Assembly (NCBI GenBank): GCA_965603125.1
Contig: CBFDBU010000001.1
Location: 118,588-182,587 of the forward strand
DNA length: 64,000 nt
Source of the DNA: an uncultured bacterium
GTDB taxonomy: Bacteria > Zixibacteria > MSB-5A5 > GN15 > FEB-12
Reading direction: 5' to 3'
The position numbers and the translations under genes are program-made. Positions 1 through 8,302 of the stretch are shown here, one piece after another. Each line of letters begins with the position of its first letter. Position 1 is the stretch's first letter. The notes beneath the pieces are model-generated. The model saw only the letters and a program-made list of their open reading frames with translations. It was not told the origin of the DNA and did not search any database.

Positions 1-25
1 TCAGGAAGCTGAACATTACCGGGAC

Positions 26-1939
26 TTACCCCTCGTATGGTGTTTCGATGTACCGCCTGGCCTCATTCTGATGGTAGTCGGCCGCCGCCAGGGCCAGAAC
101 CTGCGAATAATGCTCCACGGCCTTGTTTCGGTCTCCCTTGAAGTCGGCCGCCTTGCCCAACCAGAGATGGATCATCCCCTGGTAGAACGGTCGGGTCTCA
201 AGAAAAAGAGCGCTTTCAAGGTAGTCGTCGGCCTGGTCGGTCTCGCCCCGCCCAAGATGAGCCATTCCCAGCCACATGTGAACGGCCGGTGAAGACGGCT
301 GGCCACGCAACGCCGCGTTGAGGAAGTTGACGGCATCCGAGTAGAGCCGGTCGGTCTGTTTGCGATCTTGTTCGCTATCGGACTTGCGAAGGATTCCGGC
401 CAGATACAGGCGGCTTTCCGCCACCGGGCCGGCCATGGTGGAATCATCCACAAGCGCCCGCAGCAACTCCGAGGCCTCTGCCCGGTTGCCGCGGAACAGA
501 TGGTTCAGGGCCAGGTTGAAAGTCACCAGGCGGTCGGTGGAATCCAGTGACCGGGCTCGCATCAGATCGTCATAGGACTCCTCGTACCGCCCCTGCATCA
601 TCTTGTAAGTACCGAGAGACATGAGGCTTGGCGCCGAAGCCCCATCCAGTCGCAGCAGTACCTCCTGGGCGGCAATGGCGCCGGCATAGTCCCCGGTGAA
701 GAAGCAGGCCCTCTTTACCATTCCCAGCGCTCGCACCGAATCAACACCGGTCGTCGCCCGGTCGCTCAGAATCCGGCAATAGCGAAGCATCAGCGGGTAA
801 TTGAACATCACTTCCGCCATCGAGGCAAAGAGCACCAGCCGGTTGGGGTCAATGGCGACCGTGTCGACATAAGTTCTCCACGAGCCTTCCAGTTCTCCGA
901 GGCTTTTCCCGTAGGCCGCTTCGATGTCGGCCGCGAGATGCAGATCGTCCGTTTCCCGGTAGAGCTTTCTGAAGCGGGCGAAGCCGTACTCATCGATCAG
1001 AAAAGTGACGAAAGTGGCGCCGACGCGATCGGCAACGTAGGGATCGGCCGCAAGGTAGCGGTAGGTGTCCAAAAGCCCCGTCAGGGCCGGGGCTCGCCCT
1101 TCCTGCAGGATCTCCTTCATGTCCAGAATCGCGAAAGAGAGATAGTTTGCCAGACCTTCGGACAGAAAGAGCGGGGCGTAGCCATAGTTGCGCAGGACCG
1201 CGGTGTGCAGGACCATGAAAGGATCGGCGGAATTGAAGGCCTTGGTAAACACCGCGTGAGCTATGGAACGGGTGGGATCGACCGCCATGCCGAACCGCTG
1301 ATCCCAGATGACAGAAGGAAGAAGACAGGGACACAGGTAGACGGAGTACTTGCCGGGCAGGCTGAAATTGTACAGCGAACGAAACTGCCGGTAGTGCTCT
1401 TCGAGCACGTCGCGGGCGACGGTTACGTAGAAATCCCCCAGCGAGTTGGGCACGTAGTGAATGTCCATGTAGGCCGAAGGAAGAAACTCAAACGTCCCCC
1501 TGGCAAGATGATCGAAAGGGCAGAAGGAGGTGTCGACATCGACCATCGACAAAGGAGTCAGCACGAAACTGTAACGCGTCTCACCCTTGCCGTGGATATC
1601 CGTGATGGAGGCGGGAAGACCATGCTCGACAACAAAGCTGCGGGAGTAATTCTTGGTCGGCGGGCCGAGAGTCACCAGGTGAACAATAAAATCCGAGCGG
1701 CTGCTGTCAACCCTCGTTATGTCGATCTCGACCGAAAAGGCGATAAGAAAGCCGGTGGCAGTGATGCCCTCGACAAAGTCAGCCGTGTCGCACCGCAGAA
1801 GAACATCCTCGGACTTCTCTTTATCGAACTGGTAGATGGCAAGGGCACATTTAAGACCGTTTGCAGCCGAGGCAACCGGAACCGCAATCAGGACTACGGC
1901 AAGGACTGCCGCAAGAAACAGTAATGTCAGTCGTGTCAT
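26..1939 (-). CDS. Secreted TPR-repeat protein, function unknown
   Basis: Lies within long ORF 26..2002. The internal ATG at 1939 is preceded by GGAGGT (rc of 1950-1955) and followed by a signal-peptide-like MTRLTLLFLAAVLAVVLIAVPVASA. The C-terminal third has TPR-like helical repeats, e.g. WLGMAHLGRGETDQADDYLESAL. Confidence 0.7.
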   Translation of the reverse strand: MTRLTLLFLAAVLAVVLIAVPVASAANGLKCALAIYQFDKEKSEDVLLRCDTADFVEGITATGFLIAFSVEIDITRVDSSRSDFIVHLVTLGPPTKNYSRSFVVEHGLPASITDIHGKGETRYSFVLTPLSMVDVDTSFCPFDHLARGTFEFLPSAYMDIHYVPNSLGDFYVTVARDVLEEHYRQFRSLYNFSLPGKYSVYLCPCLLPSVIWDQRFGMAVDPTRSIAHAVFTKAFNSADPFMVLHTAVLRNYGYAPLFLSEGLANYLSFAILDMKEILQEGRAPALTGLLDTYRYLAADPYVADRVGATFVTFLIDEYGFARFRKLYRETDDLHLAADIEAAYGKSLGELEGSWRTYVDTVAIDPNRLVLFASMAEVMFNYPLMLRYCRILSDRATTGVDSVRALGMVKRACFFTGDYAGAIAAQEVLLRLDGASAPSLMSLGTYKMMQGRYEESYDDLMRARSLDSTDRLVTFNLALNHLFRGNRAEASELLRALVDDSTMAGPVAESRLYLAGILRKSDSEQDRKQTDRLYSDAVNFLNAALRGQPSSPAVHMWLGMAHLGRGETDQADDYLESALFLETRPFYQGMIHLWLGKAADFKGDRNKAVEHYSQVLALAAADYHQNEARRYIETPYEG

Positions 1940-1994
1940 TTCTTCTTGTACCTCCTGGCCGGAAAAAGGATCAACGCTGACTGTGTCACCGGCT

Positions 1995-2723
1995 TCAGTC
2001 ACCGTCGAGGATTAGTCTTCCGTCTTTCATGACCGGCAGAACCGGCATGGAATCGACCCTGGCGGCCGTCTCCAGGTCGTGCGCAAAGCCGATGGAAGCC
2101 AGGTATCTTCCGTGCTCGCTCTCGGCGACAGCTTTCTTCATAGCCGACCTGCTGTTGTGATACAACAGTACGGCCAGCGAGGCGGCATCGTTGAGCGTGA
2201 CCTCCCTTTGATGTTCGGAAATCAGCAGGTCTATCAATCGACCACCGCAGATAGTGTCTTCAATGGAGAACTGACCCTCCCGCCCGGCGCAGATAATCAC
2301 CGTATCGCGGTTTTCCCCGGCGACTCTCCCGGCCACGCGGGAGACATTTACGAGACCGCAGGAGAGCACCAGGTCAGCCTTACGGGCTCTCACGAAGGCG
2401 GCCGTGCCGTTGGTGGTCGTCATCACCACGAACTTGCCCCCCACACTTTCGGGGGTAAACTCGGCCGGTGAGTTCCCCAGTTGGAAATTCTCTATCCTGA
2501 TTCCGTTCTGTTCCCCGGCGAGCACGCCCATGTCGGATCCGATCCTGGCCCACACGTCGCCGGCCTCACCGGGGCCGGTGACGGGGATCACTCCCCTGGC
2601 GCCCGCCATCAGGGCCGCACAAACAGAAGTGGTGCAGCGCAGGACATCGATGACCACCGCTGTCTTGCTTTCCAGGTCGATCTCGCCAAACGGGGCTGGA
2701 GTCAGGTACAGCTTGATATCCAT
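1995..2723 (-). CDS. comB: 2-phosphosulfolactate phosphatase (ComB family)
   Basis: 242-aa ORF. The N-terminus KTAVVIDVLRCTTSVCAALMAGARGVIPV matches the ComB-family VVIDVLRATT motif, and the length is typical. Confidence 0.75.
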   Translation of the reverse strand: MDIKLYLTPAPFGEIDLESKTAVVIDVLRCTTSVCAALMAGARGVIPVTGPGEAGDVWARIGSDMGVLAGEQNGIRIENFQLGNSPAEFTPESVGGKFVVMTTTNGTAAFVRARKADLVLSCGLVNVSRVAGRVAGENRDTVIICAGREGQFSIEDTICGGRLIDLLISEHQREVTLNDAASLAVLLYHNSRSAMKKAVAESEHGRYLASIGFAHDLETAARVDSMPVLPVMKDGRLILDGD

Positions 2724-2734
2724 GTCGCGACGCC

Positions 2735-3841
2735 TTACCTGTGAGATCCGTGCTTGTAGAAGGGAGGCTTGACAACCAGGGCGGGAAACATCTTGTCCCT
2801 GACGGCCACCTCCACGCGGGAACCTGCCCTGGCATGAGAACGCGGCACATAACCGAGCGCGATCGGCTTTCTCAGAGACGGAGAGAAGGTTCCCGAGGTA
2901 ACCTGCCCGACCACGCGGCCATCGACACAGATGTCATGGCCATGCCGCGGAAAACCCCGTCCTTCCAATTCGAGGCACACCAGCCGCCGCCTGGGCTTAT
3001 CCGTCTTCTGCTGCGCTATGACGTCCCTGCCGATGAAGTCGGTATCCAGGCTCACAATCCAACTCAGGCCGCCTTCAATGGGAGTAGTGGTCTCGTCGAT
3101 ATCATTACCGTAGAGCGCCATCTTCATCTCGAGGCGCAGTGTATCGCGGGCGCCCAGTCCAACCAGTTCCATCCCATGTTTCCGGCCGACCTCGGTGATC
3201 GCCTTCCAGAGCGTGTCGGTATGTTCGGGCGGGATGTAGATTTCAAAGCCGTCCTCGCCTGTATAACCGGTGCGCGAGAACAGCAGTTCAATGTCGGCGA
3301 TCGCGGTAACAGTGGAAGTATAGTAAGCCATTTTGTCGAGATCAAAGGAGGTCAGTTCGCTCAGCACTTTCTGCGCGTTAGGCCCCTGGATGGCCAGCAG
3401 GCTGGTCTCGGCGGAGCGGTTGAACAGCCGGACATCACCGGCAGCGTGTGACTCCAACCAGGCTAGGTCCTTGCCGATGTTGGCGGCGTTGACGATCAGC
3501 AAGTAGCGATCGGCCAGCCGATAGACAAGCAGATCGTCAACGATACCGCCGTCCGGCCGGGTCATACAACTGTACTGGATCATCCCCGGCTGCAAGGCCT
3601 CCACGTCGTTGGTGGTCACCTTCTGCAGGTAATCAAGCGCCCCCGAACCTGTAACCTCAAATTCACCCATGTGGGAGAGATCAAAGAGACCGATGTTTTC
3701 CCTCACGGCCAGGTGCTCGGCGGTTATCCCCTTGTACTGAACCGGCATATGATATCCGGCGAACTCCACCATCCTTGCCCCGGCCTCCAGGTGGTATTTA
3801 TGGAAAGCTGTTTTGCCTGACTCAGGCTTGATTTCGGCCAT
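2735..3841 (-). CDS. gcvT: Glycine cleavage system aminomethyltransferase (T protein)
   Basis: 368 aa. KTAFHKYHLEAGARMVEFAGYHMPVQYKGITAEHLAVRENIGLFDLSHMGEFEVTG is the canonical GcvT N-terminus. Confidence 0.9.
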   Translation of the reverse strand: MAEIKPESGKTAFHKYHLEAGARMVEFAGYHMPVQYKGITAEHLAVRENIGLFDLSHMGEFEVTGSGALDYLQKVTTNDVEALQPGMIQYSCMTRPDGGIVDDLLVYRLADRYLLIVNAANIGKDLAWLESHAAGDVRLFNRSAETSLLAIQGPNAQKVLSELTSFDLDKMAYYTSTVTAIADIELLFSRTGYTGEDGFEIYIPPEHTDTLWKAITEVGRKHGMELVGLGARDTLRLEMKMALYGNDIDETTTPIEGGLSWIVSLDTDFIGRDVIAQQKTDKPRRRLVCLELEGRGFPRHGHDICVDGRVVGQVTSGTFSPSLRKPIALGYVPRSHARAGSRVEVAVRDKMFPALVVKPPFYKHGSHR

Positions 3842-3882
3842 TCGGACAGACCTTTAAGGGTATCAGGGTCGTTTTTTTGTGC

Positions 3883-3911
3883 TAATAAAGAGCGGGAGTG
3901 GCAAAAGTCAA
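3883..3911 (-). promoter_or_regulatory. Candidate sigma70-like promoter for gcvT
   Basis: Read on the minus strand: TTGACT (3911..3906), a 17-nt spacer, then TTATTA (3888..3883), about 40 nt upstream of the gcvT ATG. Confidence 0.3.
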
Positions 3912-4065
3912 CAGCATACTTGCATCCGGCGTCGTGCTATCGGAACGTGTGTCGCTTCGACAGACGGGGTTTGTGTATGTCCTCGCAGGTTCCGTCGCCG
4001 GAAACCCTCGGGCTGGGCAGCCGCCCTCAGTGGAGTCGGGCACCAGGCCTGTCCCCGTCGATTGT

Positions 4066-5010
4066 CTACTGACGCTGCCCGGAGCCGAGTTGAGATATGC
4101 GGGCCATGATACCGTTCTTGCGCCCGACGCCGATCATGAGAACACAACCGGCGAGGACGAACAGACCGCCTGTCATTTCTCGCAGCGTCGGCAGTTGGCC
4201 CAGAACCAGGAGCGCCGTCACGATGACAAAGATCGGCTGACTTTGACTGATTACAGCAACCTTGGACAGCTCCAGGCGCTTGAGAGCAAGCAGGTACATC
4301 ATGCGCGACACGATCGGCCCCAATATGCCCAGAGCAATGATACCTACCCATACCCGGTCCAGACCCTCCAGCGAATGACCACCGCCCAGAAGAACAGCCC
4401 AGTACGCCACCGCCAGAAACAGACCGCGCACGTAGACGAGCGCAATCGGCTCCACGTGTCGAACGGCGATCTTGCTGATGAACTCGGTAATCCCGAAAAA
4501 CAGAGAACCCAAAAGCACCAGCCAGAAGCCGGTCGAGTATTCAAACCGCAGGGTGAGCTTCATGATAACGATCCCGGCGATCGACAGCAGGGCGCCAAGC
4601 GTCTCTCTGCTCGTGAATCGTTCTTTGAGAAAGATGATGCCGAGCAGGATCGCTATAGGCACCTCGGCCCGGTTGAGAAAGGCGGCCAGTGACGGATCCA
4701 TCCTCTGCACGCCGGCCCAGAAAGACAGAATAGCCACCCAGGAACTGATGGTGAACATGATCATCCAGAACCAACCCCTGCGGGTCAACCGGAACACCCT
4801 CCCCAGCCCGCGAAACGGCAGATAACCGACACTGAGGACAACCGTCGAGGTCGTGAAAATCATGCAACTCAGCAGGAGCGGCGACACCGCCTCCAGATTC
4901 CATTTCCCGACCACCGTGGCCAAACCGGCGCCAAGTGAGGATGTGAGCGCACACAGAATGCCCGCTCGATGGGAACGATCAGAAGCAGAGGACACCCGTC
5001 CCGGCGTCAT
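4066..5010 (-). CDS. EamA/DMT-family transporter
   Basis: About 10 hydrophobic helices in two halves. The helix pattern and length fit the drug/metabolite transporter superfamily. The start is ambiguous: GTG at 5016 or ATG at 5010. Confidence 0.65.
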   Translation of the reverse strand: MTPGRVSSASDRSHRAGILCALTSSLGAGLATVVGKWNLEAVSPLLLSCMIFTTSTVVLSVGYLPFRGLGRVFRLTRRGWFWMIMFTISSWVAILSFWAGVQRMDPSLAAFLNRAEVPIAILLGIIFLKERFTSRETLGALLSIAGIVIMKLTLRFEYSTGFWLVLLGSLFFGITEFISKIAVRHVEPIALVYVRGLFLAVAYWAVLLGGGHSLEGLDRVWVGIIALGILGPIVSRMMYLLALKRLELSKVAVISQSQPIFVIVTALLVLGQLPTLREMTGGLFVLAGCVLMIGVGRKNGIMARISQLGSGQRQ

Positions 5011-5231
5011 GCTCACGGATGGACCTTTCGCTGCATGGCCTGCAAGTTACGGCGAAACGGGCGAAAGTCAATCCCTTCTCGCAGGGCGTTGAGAGCCACG
5101 GAAGGCGCCTTCTGCCTCTCGCACCCGCCTGAGACTGCTGCCATGCCGCCCTGGGCCGGGACTTTTTGCTTTGATTGCAGGGCGCATTGCCTATATTGGC
5201 ATCCTATAATACTGTATCCACGGAGGTACGC

Positions 5232-7730
5232 ATGTCCGCTGAGAAGAAGCCGAAACTCAGAAAGCCCCGCGAGTTGAGCGCCAAAGACCTGGATTACCGC
5301 ATAACGTTGAGACCGTCCGGTATGGACACCTCCGATGATGTCGATCCCTGCTGCGAAATCATCGGCCAGAAACGGGCGGTGGAAGCAATCAAACTGGGGC
5401 TGAACGTTAGAAGCGAAGGCTACAACGTTTTCGTAACCGGCCTGACCGGAACCGGACGGACGACGACCATACAACATCTCCTCGAGCGGTTGGATCACCA
5501 GACGCCGGACCTGGTCGATATCTGCTACGTGGCCAACTTCAAGAACGAAGACAACCCGTTGGTTCTCTCGTTCAAGGCCGGCGACGGGCGTCGATTCAAG
5601 AAGGACATGGCGTACCTGATAGGCTCCGCTCGCAAGGCCGTTCCCAAGATATTCCTCTCTGACGACTACAAGGATCGCCACGGCCGTATCGTACGCGAGT
5701 TCGAAAGCCGACAAAAGGAACTGATTCGCAGCTTTGAGGAAAAGCTGACCGAGGCCGGGTTCGTGATGGTGCAACTGCAGTCCGGCCTCACCACGCGCAA
5801 CGAGATCCAGCCCTTGATCGACGACGAACCGTCCTCGTTCGACCGTCTGGAACAACTGGTCAAGGAAGGCAAGTTTCAGCTTTCCCGCCTCGATGAACTG
5901 CGCCGGCGGTGGGACAGCCTGCGCCGGGAGTTCGACCTGACCTCGGTCGAATCCAAGAAACTGAGCAGCAAACTGGAAGAGGCGATTGAGAAGCTGGACT
6001 ACTCCGTGATTGCGCCTCTCATAACGGACAAGATCAACCTGGTCAAGAAGCGCTTCCCCGACGAGAAGGTGGTGGTCTATCTTGATGAAGTTCAGGAGGC
6101 GCTTCTTAGTGACCTGGACCGCTTTCGCGAGGTTCGGCCGCGTCGCGGCGAAGAAGAACCGCCGCCCTTTCGCAAACGGGAGCCGTTTGAAGAGTTCTCG
6201 GTCAATCTCATTCTGGACAACGCCGAGACGGAGAAGGTTCCAATCGTCATCGAGATGTCGCCTTCATACAAGAATCTCTTCGGTTCGCTGGAAAGAGTGG
6301 TCGACCGCTTCGGATACTGGCGAACCGATTTCACGCGCATTTTCTCAGGCTCTTTGCTTCGCGCATCGGGTGGCTTCCTGGTTATGAACGCCATGGACGT
6401 TCTCAGTGAACCGGGCGTGTGGGTGCATCTGAAGCGGGCCCTGCGCAATCGCGCTATTGAAATCACCGGCTACGACCCTTTCTATATGATGGCCGGCTCA
6501 GGGATCAAACCGGAATCTATCCCACTTGACGCCAAGGTGGTGCTCATCGGCGAGCCGCACATCTACCAGCTACTGTGGCGCATGGATGAAGATTTCAAGA
6601 AGATCTTCAAGATCAAGGCCGAGTTCGACAGCAGCATGAAGTACAATCGCAGGAACACCCTGGACTACTACGGTTTCATCCGGCGTCTTGTTGAGACGGA
6701 GCAACTGCTGCCGTTCGATATAACCGGTATGCAGGCCGTGGCCGAGTGCGGTCGCCGCCTGACCGGCAGGCGCGACAGACTGACCACCCGTTTTACGGTC
6801 CTGTCGGACATTATTCGCGAGAGCTCATTCTGCGCCGCCCAGAGAAAGGCATTGAGCGCAACGCGTCAGGACGTCTATCGAGCCATCAAGCAGAGGCGTT
6901 TTCGCGTCAATCTTGTCGAGGACAAGATGCAGGAGCTTTTCGACGCCAACACCATCATGGTGTCCACGACCGGCGATGCCGTTGGCCAGATCAACGGGCT
7001 GTCCGTCTACAATCTGGGTGAATACTCCTTCGGCCGACCGACCCGCATCACGGCCAGTACCGCCCTGGGCAAGGCCGGAGTGATAAACATCGAGCGCGAG
7101 GCCGACCTGTCCGGACCCATTCACAACAAAGGCGTACTGATTCTCAGCGGCTACCTGAGAGAGCTGTTCGCCCAGGACAAACCGCTGGTCATGTCGGCTT
7201 CGATTTCGTTCGAGCAGTCTTACAGCGGTGTCGACGGCGACTCGGCGTCATCCACGGAGATCTATGCTATTCTCTCGTCGTTGAGCGGCATTCCTATCAA
7301 ACAGGGAATCGCCGTGACCGGTTCGGTAAATCAGAAGGGGGAGATTCAACCGATCGGGGGTGTCAACGAGAAGATCGAGGGCTTCTTCGACGTGTGCCAC
7401 GCTCGCGGTTTTACCGGTGACCAGGGTGTCATTATCCCCCATCAGAACACCAAGGATTTGCTGCTTCGTCCCGACGTAATCGAGGCTGTCGAGCAGAAGA
7501 GTTTCCACATCTGGGCCATCAAGTCCATAGATAAAGGTATTGAGTTACTGACCGGTGTACCGGCGGGAAGACACCTCGCCTCGGGAAAGTTCAGCAAAGG
7601 TTCCATCAAGGCGGTCGTCGACCGGAGACTATCCGAGATGGCGATCACCCTTCAGAACTTCGGGCGCGAACCCAACGAAGAAAACAACGCGCAAAGAAAG
7701 CGCGCCAATACTTCCGTGACAAAGCGATAA
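5232..7730 (+). CDS. Lon-like ATP-dependent protease (LonB-type AAA+ domain plus S16 protease domain)
   Basis: ATG at 5232 follows GGAGGT (5222-5227). It has a Walker A motif GLTGTGRTT. The C-terminal Lon protease domain carries the DGDSAS catalytic-Ser motif and a downstream Lys (VNQKGEIQPIGGVNEKIEGF). Confidence 0.85.
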   Translation: MSAEKKPKLRKPRELSAKDLDYRITLRPSGMDTSDDVDPCCEIIGQKRAVEAIKLGLNVRSEGYNVFVTGLTGTGRTTTIQHLLERLDHQTPDLVDICYVANFKNEDNPLVLSFKAGDGRRFKKDMAYLIGSARKAVPKIFLSDDYKDRHGRIVREFESRQKELIRSFEEKLTEAGFVMVQLQSGLTTRNEIQPLIDDEPSSFDRLEQLVKEGKFQLSRLDELRRRWDSLRREFDLTSVESKKLSSKLEEAIEKLDYSVIAPLITDKINLVKKRFPDEKVVVYLDEVQEALLSDLDRFREVRPRRGEEEPPPFRKREPFEEFSVNLILDNAETEKVPIVIEMSPSYKNLFGSLERVVDRFGYWRTDFTRIFSGSLLRASGGFLVMNAMDVLSEPGVWVHLKRALRNRAIEITGYDPFYMMAGSGIKPESIPLDAKVVLIGEPHIYQLLWRMDEDFKKIFKIKAEFDSSMKYNRRNTLDYYGFIRRLVETEQLLPFDITGMQAVAECGRRLTGRRDRLTTRFTVLSDIIRESSFCAAQRKALSATRQDVYRAIKQRRFRVNLVEDKMQELFDANTIMVSTTGDAVGQINGLSVYNLGEYSFGRPTRITASTALGKAGVINIEREADLSGPIHNKGVLILSGYLRELFAQDKPLVMSASISFEQSYSGVDGDSASSTEIYAILSSLSGIPIKQGIAVTGSVNQKGEIQPIGGVNEKIEGFFDVCHARGFTGDQGVIIPHQNTKDLLLRPDVIEAVEQKSFHIWAIKSIDKGIELLTGVPAGRHLASGKFSKGSIKAVVDRRLSEMAITLQNFGREPNEENNAQRKRANTSVTKR

Positions 7731-7890
7731 TACCACCTGCCTCAGCAGGTTGTTGAAAAAGCACTTTATCCTACTCAGAATCCGGCGGATTCGTCATGCC
7801 CGCGAAAGAGGGGCATTCAGTAGGTCGCTAATAGCAGTGGATGCCTGCTTCCGGGACTGTTGAAAAAGTCGTGGTAGCCGGCTGCCGAAA

Positions 7891-8164
7891 CATTGTTGCT
7901 GGTGCTGCCAGGCGTCTCTGCCTGGCAGCAGCACAAATCCATAGAGGCGTCGGGCAGAGACACCCGACACCACGCTTATTATGAATCCGCCGCTTTTCGA
8001 GTATGACAAAAGACTTTTTTCAACAAGCATTGATGCTGGTGCTGCCAGGCGTCTCTGCCTGGCAGTAGCACAAATCCATAGAGGCGTCGGGCAGAGACAC
8101 CCGACGCCACACTGATGACGAATCCGCCGCTTTTCGAGTATGACAGAAGGTTTTTTCAGCAAGC
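7891..8164. repeat. Two tandem 137-bp intergenic repeat units, each carrying two conserved hairpins
   Basis: Unit 1 is 7891-8027 and unit 2 is 8028-8164, nearly identical by eye. The hairpins are CTGCCAGGC-gtctct-GCCTGGCAG and GGCGTCGGG-cagagac-CCCGACGCC. An inverted partial copy of the unit's 3' part lies at about 7750-7797. Confidence 0.9.
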
Positions 8165-8302
8165 TGTTAGGGCAGCGAGGGCATCAAATCGCTGGCGTCT
8201 CTGGAGTTCTTGCGTATATTGGGCGATAAGATAGCATAAGGCGGATGTACACCCCCGGTCACAGTAAGGCCGGGGCTTTCGTGCTGCCTGCGTGTTTGTG
8301 TT

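Noticed and set aside
938-1924. 328-aa plus-strand ORF. The same applies to other long antisense ORFs: 5013..5855, 26729..27559, 34411..35559, 37268..38116, 45130..45969, 49431..50261 and 57327..58271.
   Set aside because: Each lies entirely inside, and antisense to, a gene with strong family-level motifs. Their translations are Arg/Gly/Pro/His-rich with no recognisable domains. This is a typical GC-rich shadow-ORF artefact.
3842-4065. Possible glycine riboswitch upstream of gcvT.
   Set aside because: I read the minus strand of the 224-nt leader region and could not find the conserved glycine-riboswitch cores (GGAGAG ... CACCGAAGGGGCAA ... CTCAGGCAAAAGGAC). A plausible promoter sits only ~40 nt from the ATG. 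A covariance-model scan would be needed to exclude a divergent aptamer.
5232-7730. Lon-like protease as a BREX BrxL-type defence component.
   Set aside because: The AAA+/S16 architecture is shared with BrxL. However, none of the other BREX genes (PglX methyltransferase, PglZ, BrxA/B/C) is nearby. The neighbours are housekeeping genes (EamA transporter, mfd) and composition is native. It is most simply a LonB/LonC-type housekeeping protease.
7794-8162. 122-aa minus-strand ORF between the Lon-like gene and mfd.
   Set aside because: It is built from the two 137-bp tandem repeat units, so its sequence repeats itself. It has no RBS or domain. The region is better explained as non-coding hairpin repeats.
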